From positions 32,001-96,000 of IMG/VR virus record IMGVR_UViG_3300036861_001052: DNA of 64,000 bases. One strand, written 5' to 3'. Shown piece after piece: positions 1 through 15,673 of the stretch. The DNA is from a virus. The first letter of the stretch is position 1, and the number at the start of each line of letters is the position of its first letter. The notes beneath the pieces were generated by a model. That model saw only the letters and a program-made list of their open reading frames with translations. It had not been told where the DNA came from and did no database searches. The translations under genes and the position numbers were made by a program.

Positions 1-32
1 CCGGGATCTCTCTGTCCACGAAACACGCTCAT
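1..32 (-). CDS. 5' fragment of a gene running off the window (MSVFRGQRDP...)
   Basis: ATG at 32 preceded by AAAGGAG RBS and an AT-rich promoter-like stretch (about 60-100). Confidence 0.5.
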   Translation of the reverse strand, partial: MSVFRGQRDP

Positions 33-125
33 CGGGTCTCTCCTTTGTCGCTCGCTCGGGGGCTTAAAAGCTCCTGCCTAATTTATACACTACACTCTAC
101 TCGGCCGAAAGTGCGGCGTTTCCGC

Positions 126-1676
126 TCACCGGGAAACGTAGCTGCGGCCCTCGGAAACGTCGACCTTCCCCGTCACCCGAAGCGTGACGTTGTGGAGTCC
201 CGGCGAGAGCGGACCCGAGTCGTAAAGAAGCTGATTGTAGATGTCGGAGACGCTGACGAGAGAAACCGGCGCGCCGTACGCGCCGCCGTCGAGCGAGAAC
301 TCCACCGAGCCGTAGGTGGGGCCCATGGTCCCGAAGATCATGAATCGCGTCGTCGCCCGCGCCGGCGCAAGCTTCCAGGTATTGCCGTTCGTGGAGCTAC
401 GGGCGGACGAGTACTGGAAGGAGCCCGTGGTCGGATCGGCAATGCCGACCTGATCTTTGATGAGGCTCCAGGCACCGACCCGCACCACGTCCACGTTGAA
501 GGACCAGCCGTGATACTGATCCCAGTACTGCCTCCTGTAGACGTTCGAGCGGATGTCGCGAAGGACGTCGAGGTAGATGCCGAGCGGGTTCACGGTCGCT
601 TCGCTCCTTGCGACGAGCTGCGCCGTCGGCAAAAAGGCTCCGGCCTCGCCGACCTCTCCCGTTGAATAGAGGTAGACGACGTGGGGGCCGCCGTCGAGCG
701 CGGCTTGCTGCATGGCCGTTCTGAGGTTCTGTTCCCACTCGGTACGAATCGGAATATCCGTCCAGTTACCGACGTCGCCGTGCCACGGCCGCGAATCGAT
801 CGATTGCGCGATGGTCTTGAACGAATACACCGTGACGCCCGTCATTTGCCTGTAGACGCGATCGCCCGCGAGGACCCACGCGTACGTATTGGGCGCCGCG
901 GTCGGCGACTGGATGATGCCGGCGTACGCGCTGACGGCGTTGGTCCCGAGCGCCGTCACCTGCGGGGACTGCCAGTTTCCTTGCACCAGGTACGGATCGA
1001 CGCCGAGCGTGTCCTGGCACTCGGTAACGATGGCGTTCTTGTGGGTCACGTCCCAGACGCCGTTCAGGCCAGAGTTATCGTCGTAGAGCGTGATCACGGG
1101 CTTGCCACCGACCTTGAAGTGCTGGTCGTCGCTCATGAGCGGCCCGAGGCTTGCCACGAACGTCGTAAAGTTGGCAAAGTTTCCACCCCGAAGACGCCCG
1201 GGGACCGGCTGATCGGCGTCCGTCGCCATCGCGAGCTGCTCGATGAGCAAGTGCCACTTGATTCGAGGCTTGTACGGGCTTGCGAGATAGCGCTCGATGA
1301 CATGGAAGGCGTCGCTGATTACGAGACCCCCAGGAGGGGGACTCGCGGCCCAAAGCGCGGCCGTCGGAAACCAGAAGAATTCGATGACGCCCACGCCGCC
1401 GTCACTCAAGGACTTCAGCATCGCGTCGCAATTGGCTTGCTCCGTCGGATCGTCGCCGCTGTTCCACATGTGCCAGTAGGGAGTTCCGTCGGCGCGGATT
1501 GCCTGCCTGTGGCCGTATTTGCGCTGGTAGCCGATCGAATCCGGATCCCCGTCGATGACCATGATCTCGGATCCGGGAGCGACGAAGTTCGTCGAATTGA
1601 TGAAGCACCCCGCCCAGCACGACGCCATGAACACCGCGTCCGTGTAGTAGCGTCGATTGATCGCGTATCTCGCCAT
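126..1676 (-). CDS. Glycoside hydrolase GH99/WbsX-like TIM-barrel protein with C-terminal carbohydrate-binding-like domain
   Basis: Start re-called at ATG 1676 (MARYAINRR); motifs GVGVIEFFWF, HFKVGGKPVITLY, YLYSTGEVGEAG resemble GH99-like/WbsX; C-terminal GPTYGSVEFSLDG...GLHNVTLRVTG beta-sandwich. Confidence 0.6.
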   Translation of the reverse strand: MARYAINRRYYTDAVFMASCWAGCFINSTNFVAPGSEIMVIDGDPDSIGYQRKYGHRQAIRADGTPYWHMWNSGDDPTEQANCDAMLKSLSDGGVGVIEFFWFPTAALWAASPPPGGLVISDAFHVIERYLASPYKPRIKWHLLIEQLAMATDADQPVPGRLRGGNFANFTTFVASLGPLMSDDQHFKVGGKPVITLYDDNSGLNGVWDVTHKNAIVTECQDTLGVDPYLVQGNWQSPQVTALGTNAVSAYAGIIQSPTAAPNTYAWVLAGDRVYRQMTGVTVYSFKTIAQSIDSRPWHGDVGNWTDIPIRTEWEQNLRTAMQQAALDGGPHVVYLYSTGEVGEAGAFLPTAQLVARSEATVNPLGIYLDVLRDIRSNVYRRQYWDQYHGWSFNVDVVRVGAWSLIKDQVGIADPTTGSFQYSSARSSTNGNTWKLAPARATTRFMIFGTMGPTYGSVEFSLDGGAYGAPVSLVSVSDIYNQLLYDSGPLSPGLHNVTLRVTGKVDVSEGRSYVSR

Positions 1677-1684
1677 TGGTGGGC

Positions 1685-2827
1685 TCAATTCAGAAAGTAG
1701 TTCTCCAGGCGAAAGAGCTCGTCGTCGGCCACGGCGCCCTGAAACCCCACGAACTCGCTCATGTCGTTGTTCGCGAAGTTTCCCGTCGCCGTCGTCTTGA
1801 TCGCCGAGACGCACATCTGGTTCAGGGTGAGACTATTGGCGATCGAGTTCGTGCCAGGGACCATGCTCTCGCCGCCGATGATGTCCAGGCCGTTCACACG
1901 CAGGCGCGACTCGACGCCGTCGAACCGCCAGATGATGACCTTCGGCCCGACGTTCGGGAAAGCGAGCGAATCGATGGTCGAGATCACGCCCGCCGTCGCA
2001 CGGCGAGTGATCTGATAGCTGTTCACGCCATTTTTCTTCAGCGTGACGTTCGGGAGGTTTGCGTCCGTCGTGTTGCCGGCGCACCAAAACGCTGTGGTGC
2101 CGACCTGATTGATGACGATGCCGCCGATCCAAATCACCGTGAACGGTGAGTTCAATCCGCCGAAGACCGTATTCCACACGCCCGAGGTCGTGTTGAAGTG
2201 CCGGTCGCTCGTCCCGTTGTACCGCATCGTCTGAAGGCCACCGGGCCCGGCGACGATGATCTGCGGGCGCTGCCCGGCTGTGACGTTCGCGAGATCGTTC
2301 GTGGCTGGCACGACCTTGTCGACGACGACGCTTGCGATGGCCTTGTAGGTGTTGTTTGCGTGATACGTGCCGGACGGAAAGTTGATCGTGATGCCCGTGC
2401 CGCTGATGAGCACCGTCGCTGCGGTGGTGCCGGTTTGATATGCGGGCCCCACTCCGTTGTTGAGCCACACGCTGTACGTTGCGACGCCGCGCGCACCGTC
2501 ACTGGTAGTGACCAAGATCCCGAGCGGCTGCTTGAGCGTTCCCGTGAACGTGACCACGGGTGGCGAGGTGCCGCCTGCTACGGGCGTCCCGCCGATGGTG
2601 TACGAGCTCTGGTCGTACCAGAAGCGAAGCGTCGCGCTCGTGATCGCGCTCGGTGACAGCGGCGACGAGTCGACCGAGAATGTATTGACCCCGAGGCAGC
2701 TTCGGCCGATGCCCCCGCACCGGACGCCGCGCGGAGCGTGGCGCGGAGCGTGCCGGGGCGCGCGAAGCGCCCGGTCGAGGTCTCGGAGTTTCGGGCTCCG
2801 TAGCTCCTGGTCTAGGGTCGCGAGCAT
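1685..2827 (-). CDS. Beta-rich virion appendage protein with LamG/concanavalin-like domain
   Basis: Start at ATG 2827 (or GTG 2839 overlapping the upstream stop); RFWYD..., FTVIWIG, LRVNG, MSEFVGFQGAVADDELFRLENYF typical of phage LamG-like fibres. Confidence 0.55.
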   Translation of the reverse strand: MLATLDQELRSPKLRDLDRALRAPRHAPRHAPRGVRCGGIGRSCLGVNTFSVDSSPLSPSAITSATLRFWYDQSSYTIGGTPVAGGTSPPVVTFTGTLKQPLGILVTTSDGARGVATYSVWLNNGVGPAYQTGTTAATVLISGTGITINFPSGTYHANNTYKAIASVVVDKVVPATNDLANVTAGQRPQIIVAGPGGLQTMRYNGTSDRHFNTTSGVWNTVFGGLNSPFTVIWIGGIVINQVGTTAFWCAGNTTDANLPNVTLKKNGVNSYQITRRATAGVISTIDSLAFPNVGPKVIIWRFDGVESRLRVNGLDIIGGESMVPGTNSIANSLTLNQMCVSAIKTTATGNFANNDMSEFVGFQGAVADDELFRLENYFLN

Positions 2828-2835
2828 CGCGGGCC

Positions 2836-3882
<1,047 letters not shown>

Positions 3883-3918
3883 CTATCAGAAAGCCGCCCG
3901 CCGCGGGGGCGCTCCGGA

Positions 3919-4521
3919 TCACCGGTCCTTCTTTCGAGACGTCAGAGTCGCCGAGAGATCGAGCACCGCGTTCCAGTGGTCGTTGAAGCGGCGGGCACGC
4001 ACCTCGTCGGCGTAGAGCGCGAACTCGGTGATGCCGATGGGGATGACGACGTAGTCGAAGTCGCACGAGACGGGGTAGTGCCCGACGCCCATCTCCTGCC
4101 GGTTCTTGGCGTTCAGGTAGGCGAAGGTCTGCTGGTTGATGAAGCGGCGGTGGGTCGGGTCCTGAAAGGCGCGGTCGCTCCGCGCGCAGGGCACTTGCAC
4201 TTCCATCTTCCCGCCAGGGACGAGAATGCGATAGCACTCGTCGAAGAACGCGAGGAAGTAGTCTCGCCCCACGAACTCTCCACTCGGATCGTCGCCGCGC
4301 TCGATGAACCTCGCGGGAATATGCTCGACGAAGTGCGTCGCATTGATCTCGTCGACGCTCGACGTCTTCCAGGGAAGCGGAAAGCACATGAGATCCACGT
4401 GGTGAGTCCCGCAGCCCGGACGTATGTCGACACCCTCGAATCCCTCCTTAGGTGCGCCTCCGCAGCCGAAGTCGAGCCGGAGCCCCGGCGTCGGCTCGTA
4501 AAGTACGGGTTCAGTAGACAA
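3919..4521 (-). CDS. Class I SAM-dependent methyltransferase (type 11-like)
   Basis: LRLDFGCGG motif I, VDEINATHFVEH, ECYRILVPGG, DPTH; likely TTG start at 4521 behind GGAG (track start 4551). Confidence 0.85.
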   Translation of the reverse strand: MSTEPVLYEPTPGLRLDFGCGGAPKEGFEGVDIRPGCGTHHVDLMCFPLPWKTSSVDEINATHFVEHIPARFIERGDDPSGEFVGRDYFLAFFDECYRILVPGGKMEVQVPCARSDRAFQDPTHRRFINQQTFAYLNAKNRQEMGVGHYPVSCDFDYVVIPIGITEFALYADEVRARRFNDHWNAVLDLSATLTSRKKDR

Positions 4522-5250
4522 CGCCGGTCTCCACGTCGAGGTGACCGACACGAACGCGCGTGTCGACGGCGATGCGCATTCCGGCGAGCCGCATCCGCTC
4601 GCAGAAGTAGAGGTCCTGGGTCTTCATCTCGACGCCTCGTTTTTCAGGGAAAACATTGTTCACCGTCACGAACCACGGCGGGGGGATCTTCCGAAACGTG
4701 TCCATGCGCCAGAGGGCGCAACCCATCCCGATGCCGTTCACCTCGATGATGTTGCCGCCGCGCATTGCGTCGACGACGTTACGCGGCTCGAACGTGCAGA
4801 CGCCCGTTTTTTCGAAGTCCCGCGGGTTACCGTAGGCCTGCGGCATGTTGTAGGCGCCCTTGGTGAAGTAGATGCCCGAAATAGCGGCAAAGGGGCCGAC
4901 ATCGATCGACTGCAAGAGCTGGATGTGCGCGTCGGGAGGCGGAAGGTTGTCGTCCTCGAGCGTCAGCACGTACTTGTAGCTCGAGAACATCTCGTTTTTG
5001 AGAATTTCCTCGATCATCCTGTTGTAAGCGTGGCCTACTTCGTCGCCGACCGCATAGATCTTCGCTCGCCGTTGATTCATCGGCTGGATGAGACTCTCCC
5101 AAGCATTGACGACACGGAAATGGATCTTGCCGCGCGTCGGCACGACGATAATCGTCGAAGAGTCCCGAAACGTGCTCCCCGGCAAGAGCTCGACGCGCTC
5201 GAAGCCGAGCATCCTGTCTTTTTCAGCGGCCGCTTGGACGTCGATCAGCA

Positions 5251-5251
<1 letters not shown>
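4511..5251 (-). CDS. GT-A fold glycosyltransferase (family 2-like)
   Basis: IIVVPTRG, YVLTLEDD (DxD-like), VNGIGMGCALWR, TQDLYFC, VRVGH. Confidence 0.85.
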
Positions 5252-6933
<1,682 letters not shown>

Positions 6934-6976
6934 TTATTCTCCGTTAAAATAGACTACCAGAACTTCTCCGGGCCTT

Positions 6977-7312
6977 CTACTCCGCCGCGTGCCGCGCCTC
7001 CCGGTCCTCGACGACCTCTTCGGCGTCGTAGAGAGCGGCTAGCACTTCCAGATAGAAGCGATTCATGGAAGGGGGAGCGATCCCCCCCGCGTCCTGCATG
7101 CTCGCATCCTTCACGAGCATGTCGTGCTCCATGTCGGTGAAGATCTTGTCACCCGGACACGCCAGCTTGTCCGAGATGGAGAGCGCGACCTTCACGTTTC
7201 CAATCCGCCTCCAGAACGGCCTCGTCAGCACCACTTCTTCGAGTACATCCTCGGCCGAGTAGGCCTTGTTGCCAATGGGCACCACCTTCTTCGGCAGTCG
7301 AACCTTCTTCAT
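6977..7312 (-). CDS. Small protein after fibre gene, possible fibre assembly chaperone
   Basis: ATG with AAAGGAG RBS; lies directly downstream of fibre 3; function is inference. Confidence 0.55.
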   Translation of the reverse strand: MKKVRLPKKVVPIGNKAYSAEDVLEEVVLTRPFWRRIGNVKVALSISDKLACPGDKIFTDMEHDMLVKDASMQDAGGIAPPSMNRFYLEVLAALYDAEEVVEDREARHAAE

Positions 7313-7333
7313 GCTCTCTCCTTTTTCACTTCC

Positions 7334-9163
7334 TCATGCCGCGAACGCCGGGACCTTCAACTGGGTCCCGCCGATGTTGATATCCAAAAACCGGTCCACC
7401 GTTGCCGGCACGGCAGCCCCAGCGCCCGCGTTCGCGGTCGTGCTCGTGCCGTTCAGGCGAAGATTGATGCCGTTGAAGCGCCAGGCCGGTAGGCCTCCAG
7501 TCGAGTACTGAATATAGCCGTTCACGGCGTCTGCAGTCGGGTTCGTCTGAGCGTTGGCGACATAGATGATGCCGTCGCCCGTATTCGCCGGAAGCTCCGT
7601 CGTCGACACGCCCGAGAGCTTGACGAGCGAAAGCACTCGCCTGTCGAGCGCGACCTCGGTGGCCTCGACCATTGCCAGCGCTCCGGCCGAAGTATCGTCG
7701 ACATTCAAGCTCATCCTGACACCGCCCATGAGCCCGTTTCCGTCGGGGCCGCCACCAGATAGGAGGAGAATGCCGCCGTCCCCGTCGGCCCCTCCCGCGG
7801 TAACCGACTGCGCGTGTATCCAGAGCCGCTGCGCGGCAGGCCCGAGGCTCGCCTGTTGAATGATGTTCGGGTTTGCGACGGTCCGTATGAACGACAGCTC
7901 CGCCGGCGTAAACTCCGACCTGGTCGAGTTTATCGTGAGCCGCGCCGTTCCGGTGATGTCGACCTGGAATGTCGTCACACAGCGGAGCTGAAGTGTCGGC
8001 GTATGCACGTCGTCGCCGATCTGAAGGCTGTTGGTCGCGGCATCGGCGACGAAGCCCTGCACGTCGAGCGTGTTCGTCGCGTTCCGGTAATAGAGGATCC
8101 AGCCCTTCGTGAGCCTGATCGTTCCGGTGCTTGCGACCGGAGCGGCGAGGCCTCCGCTGCCGTGAATCGCCAGCACCTCTCCGACCTCGAGGGCGTTCGC
8201 AACCTGCACGTTGTAGGTGCCGCTCGGAAAAATCGTCAGCCGATCGGTCGGCGGCGAGCTCGAGGACGCCCGGAAGATGATCTTCTGAGGAACGCTTCCC
8301 GCGGCGACGGCACCGGACACCTCGAATGAAATCTCCGAGCTCGCGACATAGTTCGCGCCGTCGAATCCGGCGGACACGACTCTCGCGAGGCTATCGCCAT
8401 TGGCGACCGTCGTTTGCGCGACGCGCGTGCCCCGGCTCTTCATCCCGAGGAAACGCGCTGCCGCGGTGTCCGCCGAGTGCTGCGCGGCAATGATTCCGCG
8501 CACGGTCGCAGACCCCGTCTGGACGGAAACGACGCTGCCTGCGGCTTCGCCGTTCGTGACGGCGCTGCCGGCGTAGTAGCTCCCGGTCGTGAAGAGATTC
8601 TCGGCCTGGAAGTTCGTGGACCACGTCGGGACGCCGCCGATCGTGATGATGGCCTGGCCATTCGTGCCGCTTGGCGTGATGCCGATCTGGAGCTGTTCGT
8701 TCGCGCCGGGATTGAGCACGGTCGTCGTGATGAGCGAGCCCTCGGCGACCTTCGGATCTAGATAATTAGGCGTCGTGTCGGCCGCCGTCACGGCGACCAG
8801 GTTCGACGCGATGCCCGTCGGGCCCGTAGATCCCGTGGGGCCAGTCGGACCGGTAGCGCCCGTCGGTCCCGTGGGGCCAGTCGGGCCGTCCGTTGGCCCC
8901 GTGGGCCCGGTCGCGCCCGTGTTCGCGGCGCCGCCCGGAGTTCCCGTGGGGCCGCTCGGCCCGGTCGGCCCCGTCGCGCCTGTTGCGCCCGTGTTCGTGG
9001 CGGCTCCGCTCTGGCCCGTGGGGCCCGTACTGCCGCTCGGCCCCGTCGCGCCCGTCTGTCCCGTCGCTCCGGTCGGACCCGTCCCCGCCGTCCCGCCGCC
9101 GAAACCGGGCGGGACACGCGCGGTGCCGCGCCCAGATGTTCCGGTGCGATCTCGGATGGTCAT
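7334..9163 (-). CDS. Collagen-like fibre protein 3 with long beta-rich tail-fibre-like region
   Basis: N-terminal GXT repeats, then [23 protein letters not shown]...GFDG segments typical of phage fibres. Confidence 0.8.
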   Translation of the reverse strand: MTIRDRTGTSGRGTARVPPGFGGGTAGTGPTGATGQTGATGPSGSTGPTGQSGAATNTGATGATGPTGPSGPTGTPGGAANTGATGPTGPTDGPTGPTGPTGATGPTGPTGSTGPTGIASNLVAVTAADTTPNYLDPKVAEGSLITTTVLNPGANEQLQIGITPSGTNGQAIITIGGVPTWSTNFQAENLFTTGSYYAGSAVTNGEAAGSVVSVQTGSATVRGIIAAQHSADTAAARFLGMKSRGTRVAQTTVANGDSLARVVSAGFDGANYVASSEISFEVSGAVAAGSVPQKIIFRASSSSPPTDRLTIFPSGTYNVQVANALEVGEVLAIHGSGGLAAPVASTGTIRLTKGWILYYRNATNTLDVQGFVADAATNSLQIGDDVHTPTLQLRCVTTFQVDITGTARLTINSTRSEFTPAELSFIRTVANPNIIQQASLGPAAQRLWIHAQSVTAGGADGDGGILLLSGGGPDGNGLMGGVRMSLNVDDTSAGALAMVEATEVALDRRVLSLVKLSGVSTTELPANTGDGIIYVANAQTNPTADAVNGYIQYSTGGLPAWRFNGINLRLNGTSTTANAGAGAAVPATVDRFLDINIGGTQLKVPAFAA

Positions 9164-9171
9164 GTCATCGG

Positions 9172-11483
<2,312 letters not shown>

Positions 11484-11485
11484 GC

Positions 11486-11953
11486 TCACGCCTTCGCTTT
11501 GTAGGCCTTGTATGCCGTGTAGCCGCCGGCAGCGACGCCGATGGCGCCGAAGATCGCCGAGACCACCGCTTCGTGCTTGTCGCTCGGATCGGCAGAGCCC
11601 CACCATTTCTGCGCGCGGTACATGTTGAAGAGCGAGCCCGAGAGCATGATGCCGGACACGCCGCCCCACGCTCCGCCGAGCGCAAGCCCCGTCCCGAACG
11701 AGAGCGCCGCGACGAGCGACGTGATGCCCGCCGATCGGAGCGCGGCATCGGGAGACGCGTCGGGTGGCTCTATGAAGTCGACTTTGCCGCCGACCGCTTC
11801 CGCATACGCGCCCATCCCATCGGGATAGCCTACGGGCACCGCGTGAGCCCCTAGTCCGTCGGGACTCGGCGCCCCCATGCCGGCCGCGGGCTTGCCTCCG
11901 CCAGATCCTTCTTCGGGGATGTTCTCGAAAACGTCGGCGGGCGATCCGAACAT
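11486..11953 (-). CDS. Membrane protein with three G-[LM]-G motifs
   Basis: ATG 11953 seven nt behind a TATCCT -10 box; AGMGA, DGLGA, DGMGA precede hydrophobic helices and a basic C-terminus. Confidence 0.65.
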   Translation of the reverse strand: MFGSPADVFENIPEEGSGGGKPAAGMGAPSPDGLGAHAVPVGYPDGMGAYAEAVGGKVDFIEPPDASPDAALRSAGITSLVAALSFGTGLALGGAWGGVSGIMLSGSLFNMYRAQKWWGSADPSDKHEAVVSAIFGAIGVAAGGYTAYKAYKAKA

Positions 11954-12037
11954 GACTCCGAGGATAGCCTGGGGGCGATGCCGTGTGAAGCTCCGAGGAT
12001 CGGGGCCCCGACTTCGGCTATAAAACGGGGCTGCCAC
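11954..12037. promoter_or_regulatory. Divergent promoter region; leaderless sigma70-type promoter on minus strand
   Basis: Minus strand TTCACA-17-TATCCT-7-ATG; TATAAA on plus strand before ATG 12038. Confidence 0.55.
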
Positions 12038-14116
12038 ATGAGTGACCCGGAGGTGCGGCTCGTCCTCTCCATGATCGTCCGGAACGAGTCCCGCGTCATC
12101 GATCGGTGCCTCGATAGCGCCCTCTCTATCGCGCAGGGCTTCGTCATCTCGGACACCGGCTCGACCGACGACACCAAAGAGCGCATCGCGCTAGCCGGAA
12201 AGCGGCACGAAGTGCCAGGGATCGTCGTCACCGATCCCTGGAAGAACTTCGGCTGGAACCGCACCCGCGCCGCGAATGCGACCCGGCGCTGGGTCAAGGA
12301 AAAATCCTGGGACCTTGACCATACCTACATGCTCCTGCTCGACGCGGACATGGTCCTTCGGGTGCTGCCGTCCTTCAAACGGCAAGCTCTTTCCGCCGTT
12401 TACTACCAGATCGAGCAGCGGAGCCCGAGTCTCTCCTGGCTAAACACACGGCTTTGCAGGCTTTCCCATAACTGGGAGGCCATTGGCGTGACGCACGAGT
12501 ACTGGGCGCCGGCCCCCAATGCGTCTCCTGAGCGCCTCGACTCCCTCTACATAGAAGACGTCGGCGACGGCGGCGCCAAGGGCGACAAGACCGCACGGGA
12601 CATACGCCTGCTCACCGACGGGCTCAAAGCCGAGCCGGACAACGTCCGCTACTACTTCTACCTCGCCCAGTCGTACTTCGATGTCGGTAACTACGCTGCG
12701 GCTCTTCCTCTCTATGAAGAGAGGCGGCGTCGCGGCGGATGGGCCGACGAGTGCTGGTACTCGCTCTTCAAGATGGGCCTCTGCGAGCTCCGGCTCGGCC
12801 ACGACCGAGAGGGCACGCGACTTTTGCACCAGGCGTTCGAGGAGAGACCCGGGCGCGCCGAGTCCGTCGCGCACCTCGCCCGCTTCTACAGAGAGCGGGG
12901 CTCGAATAACCTGGCGGTGCTCTTCGCGAGAGAGGCGCTTCGGATCCCAGTCTCGACCGAGAGCCTCTTTGTCGAGACGACCGCGCATCTGGAGATGCCG
13001 CTCGAAGATCTCGGGATCTCCGCCTACTACACGCCGCACAAGGACGAGGGCCGGCTCGCGTGCGCAAAGCTCCTGAGCCTGCCCGGCTCCAGGGAGTTTC
13101 ATAACCACATCCTTCGCTGCACGAGCTTCTATGCAAAGCCCATCGCGCCCCTCGCTGTGCGCAGGGGGACGTTCGCGATCCCGGAGGAGCTCCTGTCCGC
13201 GCCGGGGCCGTTTCTCGGGACCGAAGAGAACAAGACGCGGTACCTACCTAAAAATCCGTCCATTGCCCACCTTGGCCCCGGCTCCTCGCCCCTCGTCAGC
13301 GTGAATCTCGTAAACTACCACCACGAGCGCGGCGTCATCTTCGCGCCGAAGGATCCTGACGGCATCGTCCGCACCCGCAACGTAAACTTCGTCTGGGATC
13401 CCGTCCGCGCAGAGACAACCCATCTGCGAGAGTTCACTCCGTCGGAGTGGCCGGGCGGATGGGCAGCCGAGCCGCACGTCAGAGGTCTCGAGGATGTGCG
13501 ACTCTTCGCTCACCGTCAGCAAATATGGTTTACCGCAACGTGCTTTCATCCTCCGACGAAGCCAGGCTCACGCCATCTGTTCATCCCGAGCGTAGTCCTC
13601 GGTAAGCTCGGTCCCGCCGGCGTGGAGCATCTGACCGCGCTCACCTACGCCCGGGCCGGGCACTGCGAGAAGAATTGGCTCCCGTGGTCCAACGGAGAGC
13701 AGGTCTTCATGCTCTACGGCTACGATCCGCTCGTCGTGCTCGAGGTAGACGTCGTGACCGGCGTTGCGCGCGAGACCAGCCGGCGCTCACCAGGCCGTTC
13801 AGCTGCCTCCTGGCGCGGCGGCGCGCCGCCCGAAATCTCTCCATGGGGCAGGCTCGTGTTCATCGTGCACGAGGTCGCTCACTTCGACGACCGGCGCGTC
13901 TACATGCACCGCTTCGTCGAGCTCGACCGGGAGCGCTCGCTCTCTCGGTGTAGCCTTCCCTTCGTGATTGACCACGCGGGCGTCGAATACGTGGCCGGGC
14001 TCCTTTCGCTCGGAGAGACCGCGATCGTGACGTACGGACACGAAGAACGTGAAGCGCGGTGGGCCGAGTTTTCCTGGGAGGACATCGGCCGCTTACTCGG
14101 AGAAGACGCACTATGA
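12038..14116 (+). CDS. Glycosyltransferase family 2 + TPR + C-terminal beta-propeller glycosidase-like domain
   Basis: LSMIVRNESRVIDRCL, DTGSTD, LLLDAD, GVTHE; TPR RYYFYLAQSY; C-terminal GLEDVRLF, EKNWLP, WRGG, IVHEV. Confidence 0.88.
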   Translation: MSDPEVRLVLSMIVRNESRVIDRCLDSALSIAQGFVISDTGSTDDTKERIALAGKRHEVPGIVVTDPWKNFGWNRTRAANATRRWVKEKSWDLDHTYMLLLDADMVLRVLPSFKRQALSAVYYQIEQRSPSLSWLNTRLCRLSHNWEAIGVTHEYWAPAPNASPERLDSLYIEDVGDGGAKGDKTARDIRLLTDGLKAEPDNVRYYFYLAQSYFDVGNYAAALPLYEERRRRGGWADECWYSLFKMGLCELRLGHDREGTRLLHQAFEERPGRAESVAHLARFYRERGSNNLAVLFAREALRIPVSTESLFVETTAHLEMPLEDLGISAYYTPHKDEGRLACAKLLSLPGSREFHNHILRCTSFYAKPIAPLAVRRGTFAIPEELLSAPGPFLGTEENKTRYLPKNPSIAHLGPGSSPLVSVNLVNYHHERGVIFAPKDPDGIVRTRNVNFVWDPVRAETTHLREFTPSEWPGGWAAEPHVRGLEDVRLFAHRQQIWFTATCFHPPTKPGSRHLFIPSVVLGKLGPAGVEHLTALTYARAGHCEKNWLPWSNGEQVFMLYGYDPLVVLEVDVVTGVARETSRRSPGRSAASWRGGAPPEISPWGRLVFIVHEVAHFDDRRVYMHRFVELDRERSLSRCSLPFVIDHAGVEYVAGLLSLGETAIVTYGHEEREARWAEFSWEDIGRLLGEDAL

Positions 14117-15468
14117 AGCTCGGCATCCCCACCCTGAACCAGTACGATTCCGTCCGGCGGCTCATCGAAAGCGCCGAGCGCGGTTCGATCGCGCCGGAGT
14201 CCTACATCGTCATCGACAACGGCGGCGGTTACCTGCCTGGCCCGCCGCTGTCCTCTGGTCGCGACGTCGAAGTCGTGCGCCCGGGAATCAATCTCGGCGT
14301 CGCCGCCTCCTGGAATCGCCTGCTCGACATGGCGGGGGACCACACCATCGCCATCTCGAATGACGACGTCGTCTTCGGCCCTGAGACGTTTCGGTCGCTC
14401 TTCGAGGCTTCCCAGCGCTTTCTCTTCGTCGGCGCGGTCGGCGGCTGGGCACTCTTCGCTCAGAGCCCCGAGTGCACGCGTCGCGTCGGCCACTACGACG
14501 AGCACTTTTACCCGGCCTACTACGAGGACTGCGACTACCTCCTCCGCATGCGGCGCGCGGGCGTAGAGTTTCACGACATAGGCTGGGCCGGGGCGACGCA
14601 CGACGGAGAGGCGACGACAAAGAGCGCCTCCGAGTCGGAGCGCGCGCTCATCGCCGAAGGTCGCTCCCGGAACTACTCCTATTTCGTGACCAAGTGGGGC
14701 ACGGACAGCCCCCGGTGGGGAAACCCCGACGTCAATAACTTCAAGGAGCCCTTCGACGGAAAGACTCCGGCGTACTGGTCGAACAGGCCGGAGACGCTCC
14801 CGACCAGTATGGAGGATCTCCGCACGGTCATCTCCCCCATGCGCTTCGACGTCCTGAACCTCATCGCCGATACGATCGGTGCCAAGCGCTACCTCGAGAT
14901 CGGAGTCTCCGACGGAGAGAGCATGCGCAAGGTGCACATCGACGAGCGCTGGGGCATCGATCCGAAGGCGCAGCTTTCCGGGGTCACTTCGTCGACGGTC
15001 TTCATCCCCCAGACCTCCGACTTCTTCTTCGCAAAGATTGCTCCGAATGTCGGTAAATTCGACCTCGTCTTCATCGACGGCGATCACCAGGCCGAGCAGG
15101 TCTACCGAGAAGTCAGAGCGGCGCTTCCTCTTCTCACCCAGAAGGGGGTCATCGTGCTCCACGACTGTAACCCCCACACCGAGGCCATGCAGGAAGTGCC
15201 GCACCGCTCCGGCTGGCAATGGACAGGCGACGTCTGGAAAGCGGTCGCGCGCCTGCGCGCAAGAGGAGAGTTCGTGCACGTCATCCCGGCAGACTTCGGC
15301 ATCGGCATCGTGCTCCCGAAGTCTCGGGGGCACGCCCCAGAGACGACCATCATGCCCTGTGAGTGGTTTCGCCTGCGCTACCAAGATCTCGAAGCCGACC
15401 GGGAGAACCTCCTCGGCCTGATTCGTCCTGGCGGCTGGGCCGACTGGATCCGCCGCTTCGTCGCCTGA
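14113..15468 (+). CDS. Glycosyltransferase family 2 fused to class I SAM methyltransferase (Methyltransf_24-like)
   Basis: ATG 14113; IVIDNG, NLGVAASWN, ISNDDV, PAYYEDCDY; then YLEIGV, FDLVFIDGDH, IVLHD, WTGDVWKA. Confidence 0.88.
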   Translation: MKLGIPTLNQYDSVRRLIESAERGSIAPESYIVIDNGGGYLPGPPLSSGRDVEVVRPGINLGVAASWNRLLDMAGDHTIAISNDDVVFGPETFRSLFEASQRFLFVGAVGGWALFAQSPECTRRVGHYDEHFYPAYYEDCDYLLRMRRAGVEFHDIGWAGATHDGEATTKSASESERALIAEGRSRNYSYFVTKWGTDSPRWGNPDVNNFKEPFDGKTPAYWSNRPETLPTSMEDLRTVISPMRFDVLNLIADTIGAKRYLEIGVSDGESMRKVHIDERWGIDPKAQLSGVTSSTVFIPQTSDFFFAKIAPNVGKFDLVFIDGDHQAEQVYREVRAALPLLTQKGVIVLHDCNPHTEAMQEVPHRSGWQWTGDVWKAVARLRARGEFVHVIPADFGIGIVLPKSRGHAPETTIMPCEWFRLRYQDLEADRENLLGLIRPGGWADWIRRFVA

Positions 15469-15469
15469 C

Positions 15470-15673
15470 ATGATCGATCCGGAGAAAAGAAAGGCCGACT
15501 ACTACGCGCGCAAATGCTCCGGGCGCTGCGTCGTGTACGGCTGCCCCAACCCTCAAGCAGAAACGTTCCGGTGCGCCCATCACCAAGAGCTCAGTCGGCT
15601 GCATTCGCGCCGGCACAATCAAAGGAAACGACATGGCCGTTCCTCTCGTGCTTCAGTGGTCGATTCATTCTAG
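15470..15673 (+). CDS. Small Cys/His-rich hypothetical protein
   Basis: CxxxC...CxHH pattern, follows the previous stop directly. Confidence 0.45.
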   Translation: MIDPEKRKADYYARKCSGRCVVYGCPNPQAETFRCAHHQELSRLHSRRHNQRKRHGRSSRASVVDSF

